This document shows positions 45,884 to 62,013 of a DNA stretch of 248,000 nucleotides, one piece after another. The stretch covers positions 14,900,001-15,148,000 of the forward strand of contig OX597825.1 in the NCBI GenBank assembly GCA_951406725.2, read 5' to 3'. Source of the stretch: Octopus vulgaris (Eukaryota). Each line of letters begins with the position of its first letter. Within the stretch, counting starts at the first letter, position 1. Under the pieces are notes generated by a model. It worked only from the letters and a program-made list of their open reading frames with translations, did no database searches and was not told where the DNA came from. The translations under genes and the position numbers were made by a program.

Positions 45884-46337
45884 TCCATCTTTCCTTTAAC
45901 TTGAAAATACCCCATTCTCAGAATTGAGGTAGTTTAATGACAAAGAATTCATCAAGGTATCTTTTTACCTCATCCAAGGAATTGAAATTGTTACCATTAA
46001 TACTATTCTGCAGAGACCTGAATAAGTGGAAATCCGAAGGAGCAATATCTGGTGAATATGGAGGGTGGGTTAACACATCCCAGCCGAGCTGCAGCAATTT
46101 TTGCCTGGTTCCCAAAGTAACAAGTGCCGAAAATGAACTTTCTTATCTTCCATTTTATAGGGTTACAGAATTAACACAGGATATAAGAACATAAATCTTC
46201 TTTCACGAAAAGGTAGCTTAAACTGTGCTCTAAAGAGAGGTGTAGTCAAATCCTATTTTATGGCCTCAACCATGTTCTAAAATAAGTCGAAATGTAACCT
46301 ACTATAAATCGACACGAACTTTCCGGACAAACCAATA
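45884..46337 (-). mobile_element. Mariner deletion derivative (left end lost)
   Basis: GWDVLTHPPYSPDIAPSDFHLFRSLQN (mariner YSPDLAP.D motif); right TIR at 46305-46337. Confidence 0.85.
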
Positions 46338-48751
46338 ATTGTGATTTTTGAGTCGACTATTGATATATTCTGTGACAGTAGAAGAGAGAATAAACCTTTT
46401 CAATAGCGCAAACGTTTTCCTGTTTCATTTTCATAATTCACCTTCATAGCTACCATTTTATATATTATTCCTGTGAAAATTGCTTACGCATAATAGTTAC
46501 ATTTATTTGAGTGATGACAGTACCACTATTCATGTGATACAGAAAAACTTAAACTACCATGTAGCAACAATGGCATATATCCATGATGCAATTTGTCTGC
46601 AGAGAAATGTCGCAAAATTTCGTAGAAACACTTTCAAACAAAAGTTATATACTATTATTAAAAGCAGTTAAATGACTTAAATTTATTTTAGATAGTGAAT
46701 GAGACGAGACGAAGCTACGTCAGAGCAGAAACAAAAGAAAAAAGAAATTTGTCTAAGATACCCACAATTTTGACGACAATCAGATATTTAGCTAATTATA
46801 TCGGAGTGGTGGTCAAAATGGTTTTAAGATATTTTAAAATGAATTCGTGTTGACATCATTTCTAATTAAACAAATTAGCAAAACTTTAAAAAAAATTAAC
46901 GATAAAAAAAACACTTTATCATTGTAATAACGGCAGCAGTAATAGCAGAAGAAGCTGCAGCAAGATTAACAAGAACAAAAACAACCAACAATAAAAAGAG
47001 ACAAAACAAAAAAAATCAAGACATTCATCTTTGAAAATGATTCCATATGACAAATGGTAGTCTTCGTAATTCGTGTTTAATTGAGTTTACCATTCAGTAA
47101 TTATTAAAACTGCCACAAAAAAATAAATTAAATAAAACATTTCATTTCATATTTGTTTAGTTGTTGTTGGTTCTACTTCACATATTTTTTTCTTCATTTC
47201 ATTTTTAATCATTTCACTGATTTAGATAATTAATATTTTCCAGAATATTGTTTCCTCCTTCTGTTATAATAATAACAACAACAAAAATAATAGTGATAAA
47301 AATGATATTAATGATAATGATGATGACAATAATAATAATAATTTTAATAATTTTGATAATAATCTTAATAATCTTAACAATGATGATGGTGAGGATGATG
47401 ATGATGGTGACAGTAGCAATACTAGCAACATAAAGAAATTAATATATCAGTAAATAAGTTAAAGAATAAATTACAAATTTATATAAATGTGTAAAGTAGT
47501 ACTTGACAAATGAATGTTGCAAAAGTTATACTCTTCACATATTTTTAGAAAGTAAGATTCAAGAATATATATGTACTTATATATATGCACGCATGCGTTT
47601 ATATTTACATATACATACTGATGAATACTTTTGGCAACACATATACTGCACACCCAAAACACAATCGGTTTATATGCATTTCCATTCATGACGAAGCGAA
47701 TTTTACACGAAGCCAAAAAATTTATAGAAAAGAATGGATTTTCTTTGTACTTATTTCTGAAGTAAACTATGGAACATCATATCCGTCAAATTTATTCAGA
47801 GACCACGAGAAAAATATTTCAAAGCTTCTTTGTTAAAATTGGAGCCTAGACGTATCCTTCATTCTTTAACACAGTAAAATAAATTCATATACATCTAGCT
47901 CCAAATGTTTAACTGTACGCAAGAGGAGGTATAAAGTGAAAGATTAACAACATTTTTTACTATATAACAGCAGGATATATCACATTTCAATAATATTTTA
48001 TGAGATATTTGATATATTTTTGTGCAACCTATACCATTCTCCAAGAGAGCTTATTTTTTTCGTAAACTGTATGTCTCATTAAACGCAAAGATATGATGAC
48101 TATAGAATCATTGAATCTTTAGCCAATTATGTAAAGTGTGGAAGTCATTTACCGTACTGCAATATTTTTTCCATTCATGAGGATTTAGCGCGTTTTATAC
48201 AATATCAGTTACATAAATATATAATTTCGGCCAAGGAATCGAAGGCTTATCAAAGTGTTTCATATATTCCAGCTTTTAATATGTGTTAAGCATACATAGA
48301 GAGAACAGCTGCACTCTGCTCCAAACATTTTAATTATGTAGAAGTATTAGTATAAGAAGCTTGAGTCTGTAAGAGAAAATGTGTTGCATAAAAAAAGAAA
48401 AGCAATTTAGCAATTCTACGAGGACACAAAATTATCCTTGTGTTTTAGCTCAACATGCAGAAGCAATTTCTTTATAGCCAGTAGAATATCTCGAAGGAAG
48501 GTTCTTTAAGATATGTTTCAAAGAAAGTTAATTCTAACAAAAATTTGCCAAGTCGTGCTCGGAGAAACTAATCTTCGAAAAAGTGTCATTTAGCTTCCAG
48601 GTATAGAAATGCATTCCAGAACAATTCCGAACTGCATGGTATCTTATCATTCCCTATATATATATATATATATATTCACCTTACCCTAATTAAATTATTC
48701 CAAATGACTTGAGATACTCGTTCTGCCTTTGTTTTTATTTTTCCTCTAATG

Positions 48752-48806
<55 letters not shown>

Positions 48807-51494
48807 CATAAGGATATATTGTTCTGCGATAGTCTCTTATGCTAAACGTGATCATTGAATATTTACAACATAAGAACTCCGCACATAAAAGATACATGAC
48901 CTCTGATGAACTCCCTCAACACACAATACGTGGCGTCATTCTTAAACGCCAGAATCTGCCGAGACTTCTGTGTCTAGACCAGTAATATGGGTTGTAATCG
49001 CGGGTCTATCGCCTTTTTCGTAAATAAATGTCATATATTTATGATCGTATTCAGAGAACCCAGAAACAAATGACTCAAACGGACTCGTCCTATGACGGTT
49101 TCAAATAGCTGCTTATATTCTGCTATAAACTTAAATATAACTCTACACATAAATTCGTTATATATATATATATATATATCAATTATGCTAGCTATTATTT
49201 TATGTGGAAGTTGTCTAATAGTTTTAGATAGCCTACATCATTTAACTCTCATCAGAGAGATGAAGTAAGATCAAAGCGTTAGTCGTGACAAAGGTAATAA
49301 AGCTTCCATTCGCCTCACATCTTTATTACAATGAACTCAATTATGCGAAAGCCTCTCAATGGTATTCGCAAAAATTGATAAAGATGTAGACTTTACAGAA
49401 TTTGCACATTTAGCGCCATTCCAGGTTTCAAGGAATAATTAATCCTAACTGCAATTCAGAAATATTCTTACAGCATGGATATTAACGAACTAAGCCTTCT
49501 ATGTTTAATACCGTCTGTTGATTGAAAGCCGTTTGTTGTTTACAGAGGATCATGAGATTGTAGGTAGTTGACTCTTATTCTGGTATGTTTGAAAATTTCC
49601 TAATGGATTTCTTTCATTGCTCGTATCACTTGAAATGATTACATACCTTAAAACCAAATGCGTGTTTAGAGTGGAATCAAAAAATACATTGTTTTCATAT
49701 TTGGCTTCCAATTGTGGCCTATGAGTAATTATGTGCTCACATATGTAATATATTGATGAAAGTTTGTAAACAGAAAATATATGCTGCTGTAATCTAAAAA
49801 CTCTGCAGATCGAAAGATGAGCTTGGAAATAAAATCGTGGTTTCTTTTCGTCTCTAAACGAAAAAGCCAAAAAAAAACCAAAAAACAATAAATGTGTGAG
49901 AAATTTGCAAAAATGTCCCCTTGCTAACCAAATATACAACACTCCTCTGTATGCATACAAACATACACACCCACTCACACATATATATTTATATACGTGT
50001 GTGTATGTGCGTGTGAAAATGGACGCTTATCATTCAGTCATGGCACTAGGTGGATATATGAAGATCAAAATTTAGTTTCTGGCGAGCAATGCTAGCATTC
50101 ATCACTAATTTGGTTCTCGACCAAACTAAATGCGGTTTTTTTATAGTAATGGCAGTTCAGTCTTCAGTCACAGTTTGAGATAAAATAATTGATGTTTGCT
50201 TCTTCAAATGTTAGGTCAAAATACCTGAGATGACAAATAGGAGATTAAGGCAAGAGAACTGATTTTGAACCAAAATACCTCGGTTATTTTTAAAAAAAAA
50301 ACAAGCATAGATTAATTGGATTTAAAAGAATATGCTCATTGAGATGAATGATTAGGAGAAAGTCGCATTAAAATGTATTAGGAAAAAGTTGTGTGGCTTA
50401 AGTGACAAAACAAAATTGTTAGTTAACCCTCCCCCTATCGATTTTCAATATTCCAGTTTTTGTTAAAGAGCTCTATGCAAATCATGTGATCAAATGAAAG
50501 GAATCTATGAGATGAATCTTTCGGGGAAAACCTCTCTCCTAGAAATAGTAGCTACAAAAAGAAGTGGTGTGTCTTTAAGTAACGAAGATAATGGTGATCA
50601 TCAACATATTTTTGTAATTTTAAGATATTTAGCACTACAAAAGATAGCGTCCGATGTAATGGGTCACTTAGTTTAATGGTGCAGCGCGCTCATCCGATGT
50701 TTGCAAGGTCCGTTGTTCGATATTCTATACCGGAAAAGGTGGTACCCGATGTTATGGATCACTTAGTTTAATGGTACAGCGCGCTTGACCGGAGTTTGTT
50801 AAGAAATGTTAAGAAATGAAAATATTTTGCTATATCACTAAAAAGATAATAATACTCAAATGAAAGTCTTCAATCAGACATCGAGATATTTTTATGCCTT
50901 GTACATATAGAAGATTTTTTCTCTATAACAGTTATAGAGAAAACACTTTCTAAATGTATAAGGCATAAATACATTCATATTTTTTGCGATTTCTTATTAA
51001 TCTATATTAATTTGCTTTTGTATTAAGATATATATATACATATAAAAAACATTAAACTTCTATACAAAAATCACTCACTAAAAACGCTAATTATTAATTA
51101 ACGGTATTATATAACAAAAGTTGTGTTAAAATGTGTGTATTTGTTAATGATATGCTGCCATTAATCCTTTGCTACATTTATGTGCAAAATCAATTTGTAG
51201 ATTTCAACAAAATCTGTATTTAGAAACATCATTTTTTTTTCAATTATAAAAGTAAATGTAAATAATTATCATAATAGAAACACTGCCGCCTGGATAAAAA
51301 TGGATAAATGCGGGAGCAGAATCCTAGAATACTCTTAAGTGCTGAACCTAAAAAATTTCAGATCAAACAGTAACTTATGCCAGGACACGAAGAAAGTTCA
51401 CTACTTGAAAATATTCTACGATTCTTCGCCCTCATTTTTCATTCTAGTTTTATTTATATATGTTTTGTATGTATTTGTATACATAAATAAATAA

Positions 51495-51740
51495 ATGCGC
51501 CCTTTTTAAAGTCTAGCCAGATTCATGGGCCCGGTTTCCCATTTTCAACGGTGTTACTCAGCTGGACGGGACGCCAGTCCATCGCAGTGTTACCCATTTT
51601 TGCCAGCTGAGTGGACTGGAGGAACTTGAAATAAATTGTTTTGCTCAAGAACACAACGCGTCGCCCCGCCCAGGAATCAAAACCACAATCTTACGATCAT
51701 GATGCTGACACCCTAACCACTATGCCACGCGCCTCCACAA
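51495..51740 (-). mobile_element. Hybrid SINE: group C head/core with tail 4
   Basis: C core TGTGTTCTTGAGCAAAAC joined to GCGATGGACTGGCGTCCCGTCCAGCTG...AAAAGGGCGCAT. Confidence 0.65.
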
Positions 51741-53718
51741 AAAATTATGTTATATCGTTATAGCAACAAAGTCACTAACGAGTTTCCATGTGCTTGAAAA
51801 CCTAGATATAGAAAGACCATGTCCCTCAAATATAAACAGTTTATACACACTCCCAACACACATATATGTATATATATATATACCTATGTATGCATATATA
51901 TGTATACGTGTATATAAATATACAAACCATTACATGGAGAGGTCATCATTCGTTTTACGACTGTTTAATGTTGTTGTATAAGAGGTGTTAGCCTGGAAAC
52001 AATACAAGATGTCTATTTGTAAGAAATCTGCGGCAAATGATTTGGAACTGTCATACAGGGAGAGCAGTGGATACGATAAAGGAACAAACTATTGCTGAGA
52101 ATTTTTCGCAACGTACTTATATTAAATGCTAAATACATTGGTAGGCATTGTTTTCACTCTTGCATATAAAATAATTAGTTATAATTGTTCGTAGTTAAGC
52201 ATTTAATGCATCCTGCATTGCATATTTTCTCAGTAACCTAATTTATCAAATTTTGAATTGGTCACAGTAACTTTGTAAATGTGATTATACTATAAAATAT
52301 ATACTGTCCACAGTTAGACATTGTTTCCACACGCAAGTATTTCCCGGAGAAATTAATGAATAGGGATCCATTCGTTATGTTTCATACATCTATAAAATAA
52401 ATGAATTATGTAGCATATAAATGAGATCTAATTACATCATACAAAATTAAATAAAAACAATTCGATGCATCTACTATTGTTGGAAACAGCGACTACAGTA
52501 AATGTATTTGCCACGCTTACTAACATTGGTCAACCTCCATTTAAGACCGCCGTCCTGTGGACATCCCATGTATCTCAAATTCATCTAATTTCACAGGATT
52601 TAAGATACTTACATTTAAATGTCGTCCTAGAACACAGGCACACACATACACACACAAGCATTTATATATGAATGCACACATATTTATACAGAATATGGGA
52701 GTGTAGTTCACTGTTGATCTGAATGCGTACACAAATACATAACTACGTACATACTTAGAGTTGCACTCCCTTTTTATCGGAGAATTACGTAAAATGAAAC
52801 AACCCTTTTCATAAAAGAATTACGTAAAATGAAACATTTACTGTTGTCGTACGAATTTACGTATATAGAACTTATGTAACATTATGATAACAATTGCAGG
52901 TTTCCATTCAAGTCGGTTATGATCATATTGTAAGTGTAAATTGCCAGAGGATATCTTGGAATTGACATTTGCTATGAATCTGTAGTGCAGATGTGGAAAA
53001 ATGATTTTCTCGTTTCTAATGAAGGCAATAAAAGAGAATGAATCAAAAGATGACTCTACGGAGAATAAGGAAAGTAGAAATAAAATTTCAGTGAAATCGC
53101 GAAAAAATTCAGTATAAGTCCCTTTGTGGAAAACCTGAATAAAGATAGGATTCTATTTCTGTAGAGCAGTAATCTTAAATATATGCTATTATTGACATCG
53201 ACATCTTACTCCGCCATCGGTTCCCCAGTATGTTAATGCATTCTATTCTGCTACTCTTTTCTTTCGTATTCCTACTCCTGATAATCTTGCATGAACAACA
53301 GAATCTTCATATACTTATTTATATCTTTAATTGTTAGTTGCCTTGTTCGGTTTCTTCTTTTTCATCTCTTTCTTCGTCTTCCCTTTTTTGTTCATCACTT
53401 CATCATCATCATCATTATCATCACCAATAAAAATATCACTGTCATCATCAGAAGCAGTAACTTCTACTTCATCGTTTTGTTCTTCATCTTCGTCTCCGCC
53501 ACTCCTCCGTTCCTTCTTGTTCTTTCTTCATACGCTTTCATATTTCGCAATATGAATAGAATCACGTTCGATAGAATTATTTTTTTTAAAATCGGAATTA
53601 ATATTTCAGAACATGCATTCCTTAGTTTTATACACTGGCGTGTCATCATTTTAAGGGTTAGTTCATCGTTATCATACCCATCGCTATTACGACTGCCATC
53701 ACCGCAGCACTGTTTAAA

Positions 53719-54190
53719 ATTGGGTTGTCCAGAAAGTTCATGCCGATTTATGGAAGCTTACTTTTCGACTTATTTTAGAACATGTTTGCGTCCATAAAAC
53801 ATGATTTGACTACACCTCCATTTAGAGCACAGTTTAAGCTATCTTTTCATGGAAGAAGGTTTATGTTCCTATAACCTGTGTTAATTCCGTAACCCTTTTC
53901 GGCGCTTGATGCTTTTCTTTTTCCGTTAAGGGGAAAATGCCTCACAAGCAACCAAAGAAATATGCGCAGTTTACGGTGATGTTTCTTTATCCGAACGACC
54001 TGTACGGAAGTGGTTCGCAAGGTTCCGAGCTGGAGATTGTAGCCTTATTGATAAAGTGCAATCAGGCAGACCATCCACTACAGCTGATGACTAAATTGAG
54101 AATAACCCACATTGCACAACCCGAGAGTTGGCAGAAAGCCTCAACCTATCAAAATCAGTTGTTCATGAGCACTTGGTAAAGCTTGGGTAA
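53719..54190 (+). mobile_element. 5' half of the parental mariner (TIR plus transposase N-terminal HTH)
   Basis: Same TIR and 5' UTR as the 146575 element, continuing into GENASQATKEICAVYGDVSLSERPVRKWFARFRAGD...GRP...TTRELAESLNLSKSVVHEHLVKLG. Confidence 0.8.
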
Positions 54191-55150
54191 TGGCAAGTAT
54201 TTATTGACCTTTTTCTCTGTGTGTATGTGTGTTTGTTTGTGTGTATGTTTGTTTTGTGTATGTGTGTGGAAAAACTAATGCCTCGATAATTGAACAATGT
54301 GATTTATTTTTGAATGTACCAAGTTCTGTTTAACTATTATAATTTACATCATCTTTAAATTCTGCGATATAATATTTATGACTTCATTTTATATTTCGGG
54401 TTTCAATATGTAAGATATAATGCATACGAGAAGGCTAATTATCGGAGAGGCGTTAATCTTTCGGTGATATTGTGGTTAAAAGATTCAAATATCTTCATTT
54501 CTAATGCAAGATGTGCATTCATTCCTGAATGCCCTAGTGACATCTCTACAAGTTTTGTACTCGATAAATGTGTCTTTGTTAGCAAGTTGTGCTACTTATT
54601 TGCTTTGCTAGAGGACAAGCGTTCGTTTGACATTGGCCATTGTTGTAAGAATTCCTTTCAGGTTTACTTTGAATTGGAAAAATTGTATACGAACGAATGA
54701 CAAAGTAATAAATCTGACGAAATTTGAATGAAGGTTATTGTTAATGAACATAAATTTACGTTAGAGAATTGCAGGCAAAACGGCAATAAGTGAAAGCAAA
54801 TTACATCGCATTATCTATACAATGTAAAGAAATAACTGTTTACGATTTTTGCGGCTATTTGTTTAAATACGGAATACGAATAATATACGTCAACGTTTAG
54901 AATCATGATTCGTAAATGCTGTTCAAATTACGGCCTTAGAAATATAGACAATAATCTAGAGACTTATAGAATGAGAAAGCGCGGAAGAGTGAGAAAAATA
55001 GGTAAAATGAGGTAAAATATATTTCAATGAATGATAAGATACACTTTTGATATCAACATTTGACCAACGTGTAAGGCCCAATAGCTCTGTTATATGAGAT
55101 CTATATTACACATGCACACCAGCATACATATGTAAATATATACACAAATA

Positions 55151-55192
<42 letters not shown>

Positions 55193-55219
55193 TGTCTGTA
55201 TGTCTGTATGTACACAAAC

Positions 55220-55300
<81 letters not shown>

Positions 55301-55871
55301 TAGAGAAGGAGAGAAGAGAGAGAGATGTTTGTATGTATATATATATATCTATATGTTTGTGTAAATACAGACATATATCACACACACACACACACACGCA
55401 CACACACACAAACACACATATTCAACGGGGTTTTTTCATAAACGAATGGGAGGCAGGTTATCTTTTTTGACCCTGAGTAATTGTGGAAACCACTGACGAG
55501 AAACATGATCTTATTGATCAAATTTAGAATTCACGTTAAAAGGTTTTATCAAAGTACTTCGTTCTGGGAGTGTATCTCGCCAAAGAAAGACGTTGTGGCT
55601 TGCTGTTTGCCGTTCCGACTACTTCATGAGGTTAGCGCTTTTATGCAGCTACTCAAGTTTAATTTTGGCTCACATTTATTAATTTTACCTGTTTGCTTTT
55701 AACTGCTATAGACACCTTTATTGTAATACATCTTAATATTATATTATATCTTATTGTAAATATATATATATACATATATATATATATACATACATACATA
55801 TATATATATAAACATATATATATATATATATACATACATACATACATATGTATGTATATATATATACATAC

Positions 55872-55902
<31 letters not shown>

Positions 55903-56653
55903 CACATATATATATGCACATATATATATTCACACATATATATACACATATATACACACACGCACACATATATATATATAAATACATATATATACACACA
56001 CACATATATACATATATACATACACACATATATATAGATATGTGTATATATATATATTTATTTATATATATATAAGTGTGTACCGATGCATTTGTGTGTG
56101 TGAGTGCGTGTGTTTGCATGCGTGAGTGAGTCAGTAGCTTCCTTTTCTTGATGTAAACAAAAGTGACTCAGTTATATCAAGTGGACAAAAAAACTGATGT
56201 CCTCGTGTCATAAATTCAGCTTTTACTCTGATGAATACGACACACACCAGTACACTCTAAATGGTTGTTGGCTGAAGCTTTTGACGAGAATAAAAGTTCT
56301 ATAGGGGAAGTGACTCTGACACCAAACATAGAGGAGTGCACGTGAACTTCCGACGCAGAAGGACGAATCTAATCAAATATTTGTAGTTGTGAAATTGCCC
56401 GCCTTGAGCACAAGAACGATAATTATATTTTTCCCTTCGACACTCTATGAGAACTGATTTCCAAGCTGCGATTAAATCTATCCGATCTTGTTTTGAAGTG
56501 AACGCCGAAAGTTTTAATTTAATGTCCAAAACTGTTTGAAGAAAACAATTACTTGTTTGCGTTGCGATATAAAAGGGAATTATTACTGATAGACATACAT
56601 ATATGGAGGAGGCTCTTATAGCCATAAATATATGCATCTAGACACATATGTTA

Positions 56654-56688
<35 letters not shown>

Positions 56689-58429
56689 AACGGTTTTGTT
56701 AGGCAGTACCGGTTTTTATAATTCTGTCAATAATAATAATAATAATATTTTATAAGCTTAAAGCTTGTAGCGATCACTGCGCAATGACTAAAGAAAATAG
56801 TCTAATAATAGGGCATATAAGCACTCGAGAGAGAAAAAAGGAAACTTTTCACAAACACTTAGGTCTCGAATTCAGATCTCTCTTAACACAACTGAGTCTG
56901 CTACCGATTACACTAACGAACCTACCTGTTAGTTTCTATGCTTAAGAACTACAATTAAGAACTATAATTAGTTCGTAGTTCTTTTTGTAAACATACTTTC
57001 ATGTGCTTTTTTACTGCGAATGATTGTGTTAAGCAGTGCTGATTTTAACAATTCTGTCAATAATAAAAATAGTATTTTATAAGCTTAAAGCTTATAGCGG
57101 CCACCGCGCAATGACTAAAGAAAATGGCCTAATAATGGGGAATATAAACCTTCGACAGATGAAAATATGTCTTCCCGTACGCGTGGGTATCGAACACACA
57201 ATCCTCTATTTTCGCAACTGAGTGCCCAATCAGATACCAATTATAGTTCTTAAATCTGACAGCAAAAATTAGGTAGGTTCGCAAGTGCAGTTTTTCTGTG
57301 GAGGGCTTATATGCCCCATTATTTGTATAATTTTCTAATTTATTCCGCTGTGATCGCTATATGCTTTAAGCTTATAACATTCTATAACTTAAATATGTAG
57401 TTGAATAATAAAAAGAGATCTTCGTACATTATAATATATTTGAAAAAAATGAGTAGAGATGACATTTTGGGGTGGGTAATTTTTACTTTACTGGTAATGT
57501 TTACAGTTACTCTAATGAGTTTCGAGCTTTTCGATAGCGGCTTTCAAACTGAAATTCTGTAGTTTAGAAGTTTGTTTATATAGGAAAAGATTTTTCTCTC
57601 ACAAGTATACGTATAAAAATGAAAAATAGAAAATAAAAAATAGATATAAAAACTAATAGAAAGGTAATAAAATACACAAAACGTAATACAACTGCATGTG
57701 GGAAAAAGAAGAAAGAAGAAAAAAGTAAAATAGAAATAGGAGAAAGTTAAGAAGATAAAAAACGTAGTTGAAAATGTTAATGAGAAGAGATTAGTCTATC
57801 AGGAATAAAGAAATGGAATAATTTTAAGAGAGTGGTCAGAAATGTTGTTGAGTTCTTCTCAAAAGACGATACATAAAATGTGTACTTACCTTCCACCGTT
57901 TTCTTTTTCCCTTTGTCCTTTTTCTTTTTTTGCCTCTTTCTTCTTTTTTCGCACATTCTGTTTTATTTATTGTTTGCATTATTTGCAATCTAATCAAATA
58001 CCATCGTTGGAATGGGATAAAAGAACCTGTGGAAGACCCAAAGGAAGCAGCCTTTTAGCGAAAATAATAACAGATACGAAATTTTACTGCCATACACAGC
58101 TCAGTTTCTCCTAAGCACGAAGTCTCGGGGAAACATGTGTGAAACACACACGCGAAATCAAAATCAGAAAGTTTACAAATTATAAAATATAAATGGAACA
58201 AAACAGTAATTACATAAATTGATTCATTACGCATACACCAGAATGTCAGCATAATCGTATATAAAATTTGATATCCATAGAACTACACATACTTCCCAAT
58301 GTTTGCACAACTACGTTAAATTTACAGGACTCACATACACGCATATGAAAACACGTGGAACAAACAAAGCAAGGAAAAATAAAATAAAAATACATTTTTA
58401 TTTTTCGAAATGACACAGAGTGAACAATT

Positions 58430-60077
58430 CATAACTTTAAAAGCACCACAAAAATTGTGCAATTCCTTAATGACATCAGGATGTAATATGGCGTCGATAA
58501 ATGAACAAAAGCCACCTTTATCAAAGGTAAATATCTATTGTTAATCGTGACCGGCAGAATCTCATAAAAGAGTTAGAACCAGCGGAGGGCTACAAATAAC
58601 TAGGGGTATTGGAAAGAGAGGGAGTCAAACATTCAGTGATGAGGAAATGTATCGGAAGAGAATGTTATCGCAGCTTAAGAGCAATACTCAAGACATAGCT
58701 GAATGCAAGAAATAGGATCGAAGCGATCAATACTTTAGCCATACCAGTCGTGACTTACTATTTCAATATCATTAAGTGGTCAGTTACTGAAATATCTAAT
58801 CTTGACAGAAAAATAAAATAATTGTTGAAAAGGCATATAATGAACCACCCCCATATGGCAGATATAGAACGATTTTGCCAAGAACAGAGGGTCGCCGTGA
58901 AAAGTTACAACGAAGGCTGCTACAATTGCCCTAGACACCTACCTAAAAAATGCTGATAACTGGATGTTAAATAGTCTCAAAGCATGAAAACAAGAAGACA
59001 TCGTACTCGATAACAAAACTGGCAACAGAATACCTAAGTGAATTTCAAACACAACAAATTCCAGAATAAGTCGTATTAGAAACAAACACAGAAAAAGCTA
59101 AGCGTATGAAAACCCGTGCTAAAACTGCTACCTTACATATTCTTACTGATAAATGGCAGTAAAGAGCTCCCAATTGTAAATACCCAAAGAGAACTAATAG
59201 TGTCACCAATGGCTAGTGTCTTCTGGCTTAAAATCAGAAACAGAAGGGTTTATCAATGCAGCCCCAATTCAATGCCTAACTACAAGGAACTAACAGTCCA
59301 ACACATTAAAAAACGGTAGTAGCCCAACATGTCGTGTATGTTAACAACAAAATAAAACCATTGATCATGTTGTGTCTATGTGCAGTCTACTTGTGCCTAG
59401 AGATTATCTCAGTAGGCATGATAGAGCTGCACAATATATTCACTGGGTAATTTGCACATACCTGGACCTGCCCCATGATAAAAAGTGGTGGGAACACAAA
59501 CCATCTCCAAAGCTTAAAAACGATCACACCTCACTCCTCTGGTACTTCACCATTCAAAATAACAGAAAGACAGATGGGAATAGGGCAGACATTATATTCA
59601 AACCCTTCAGCTAAAAATCGTGCCTCCTGATTGACATGACAGTTACAAATGACATAAATGTATCTGTGAAGACCTGCCAAAAACTGAACAAGTATAAATA
59701 TCTTGAAATAGACATTCGTAAAATGTGGAACCTCAAGACTAAAACAACACCTTCTGTCATAAGTGCCGTAGGAATGATAGGAGAAGGGGCTAAAATGCTA
59801 CCTAGCTCAGATACCAGGAAACCTCAAAATGTCAGAAATTCAGAAGATAGTGCTCATTGGAACTGCCCATATCCTACGTAAATTACTATCTGTGTAATCT
59901 CAAATTTTAAAACAAACTCATATTTTTCTTGTTTTCTTAATCATACCATAGAACAATAGAATGTACAAAACCAAAATATACGACACCCTAGGCAAAACAC
60001 CAACTTGAACTCCTAACTTATTGTCTCTTGACGTCTATGGGAGAGACTTGCAGCCAACTTGTACAAATACAAAGCAA
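58430..60077 (+). mobile_element. Dong/R4 non-LTR retrotransposon, 3' half (RT end, zinc finger, restriction-like endonuclease, 3' UTR)
   Basis: DHVVSMCSLLVPRDYLSRHDRAAQYIHW, WWEHKP, NRADII, KYKYLEIDIRKMWNLKT; ends in (GAA)n. Confidence 0.85.
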
Positions 60078-60292
60078 GAAGAAGAAGAAGAAGAATTTTA
60101 ACTTTTGATACCAGGCGAGCAAATTCAGAGATTACGTTGACCCCAAAATGCAGCTGTCAACCCGTGAAGGAACAAGTCTGAAGTCAACCTTAACGCAAAT
60201 CACAATGACCGGACGAAATGCCACTACGCATTTTTGTCCGGCGTACAAAAGATTTTGCCACTTCACCACCTTAATAACAACAACAACAACAA

Positions 60293-60335
<43 letters not shown>

Positions 60336-61262
60336 AATAATCCTTTCTACTATTGGCATAAGCCTCCTTTCTATTAGGTAGACCCTTATGCGCAACTTAA
60401 TTTATCGAACCAGAAAGGATGAAAAGAAGAAGAAGAAAGAAGAAAGAAGAAGAAGAAGAAGAAGGAGAGGAAGAAGAAAAAGAAGAAGAAGAAGAAGAAG
60501 AAGAAGAAGAAGAAGAAGAAGAACAACAACAACAACAACAAGAACAAGAACAAGAAGAACAAGAACAAAAACAAGAACAAAGAGAACAAGAAATGAAATA
60601 ATATTTGGAATATTAATAATGACAATGTTATTAATATTGTGAAGTAACAAATAAGTAGCTATAAAAATATCGTACATATTTATAAATGGAGACCATAGTA
60701 ATTTTTTTTTTAATCACACCGTTTGAGATATGTTTTAACAAAAGTATCAGCCATTACATCTCAATCAACGGAAGCCTTCAGAGCCTTCTTAAATTTCAAA
60801 TGAAGAACAGGACTAAGATAGCGAATTGATACTATGCATAGATCGGACATTTTTAATTGATTATAAGCGTCACAAATTCAGGCAGAACATTAATCAAATT
60901 GCTCTTCAAATTATTATCTTTCTAAGACTATATTTCGTTCTATATTTTTACCAGATTCTGTACTCATTATGCATACATTTTAAATTTTAATATTTTATTC
61001 TTTTAAATTTGCACCAGTATATTCTGGTGATAAATTGCTTCATTGTGTGCTGATTGAATCAATTTGCCTGTTATTGTTCTTATATACGCCATATCGGTTA
61101 TTTTATGTATTCGTCAATTTAGCTACTGTAATTAAATTATTTTAGATTGAGATTCCAGAAAAAAACAACAACTATATTTAAATTCGTAAGACACACGAAC
61201 TCTTATGAGGCCGCTGTATGTACGCAAACATATATCTATAATCTCTCCCTCTCTCTGTCTCT

Positions 61263-61298
<36 letters not shown>

Positions 61299-61339
61299 AT
61301 ATAGATATATATGTATGCGTCTGTGTGTGTGTGTGTCTT

Positions 61340-61760
61340 TGTGTGTGTGTGTGTGTCTAAATTTTAAATAATAAGGGTAAAAATTGTATAGTAATTAGAT
61401 TAATATCAATTTAACACCAGTGGTCTAGCATATTGAAAAATCTGAATTTTAAGAAAAAAATATATTATATACATATAAGTGGAGATGACCTGTATGTGGA
61501 CATCCACTATGCTAGAAGAAGATCAGCCATGATCTTACCACTAACAAAGGAATGTTCTCAAGAAAATTTAGCAAACGCCAGAACATTCTATGGTGATAAA
61601 TCAGTTAATGTCGGACTATCTACAAGACTCTCAGCGTACTGGAAACCATATATCCAGCTTTATCTACACATAAGTATAGACTGTAGGGTGTAGGGTTAGT
61701 AGTAAGGGAATGCTTGATGGGGATAATCTTGCAACATCCTGACTAAGATAGAGCAGAGGC
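61340..61760 (+). mobile_element. Microsatellite-abutting element related to the 546-bp unit head
   Basis: Shares TAATATCAATTTAA.ACCAGT.G and TATGCTAGAAGAAGATCA with 193624 and 132062. Confidence 0.5.
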
Positions 61761-62013
61761 AGAGAAGTATGTTGCTCCCTACTAACTATACTGTAAAATG
61801 GATTTTGCACTCCTTCAAATTTAGATGTTGGGCTGAAAACGTCTTATCTTCAAACGTATTAAGGGTATTTAGCTTTCAGTTGCATCTGGCTTTTATAGTG
61901 ACACAACATAGCGTCAGGTTTATCTCGAATCTCAAGTGTTTGAATGCCATTCAACACAAAATGGCATCTTTCATGAAGTTCCATTCATTGAAAGAGGGGG
62001 TGAAGAATTTATT

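Noticed and set aside
48895-49270. CUGAUGA boxes near 48903 (+) and 49250 (-)
   Set aside because: No matching GAAA, helix I or cleavage triplet at compatible spacing.
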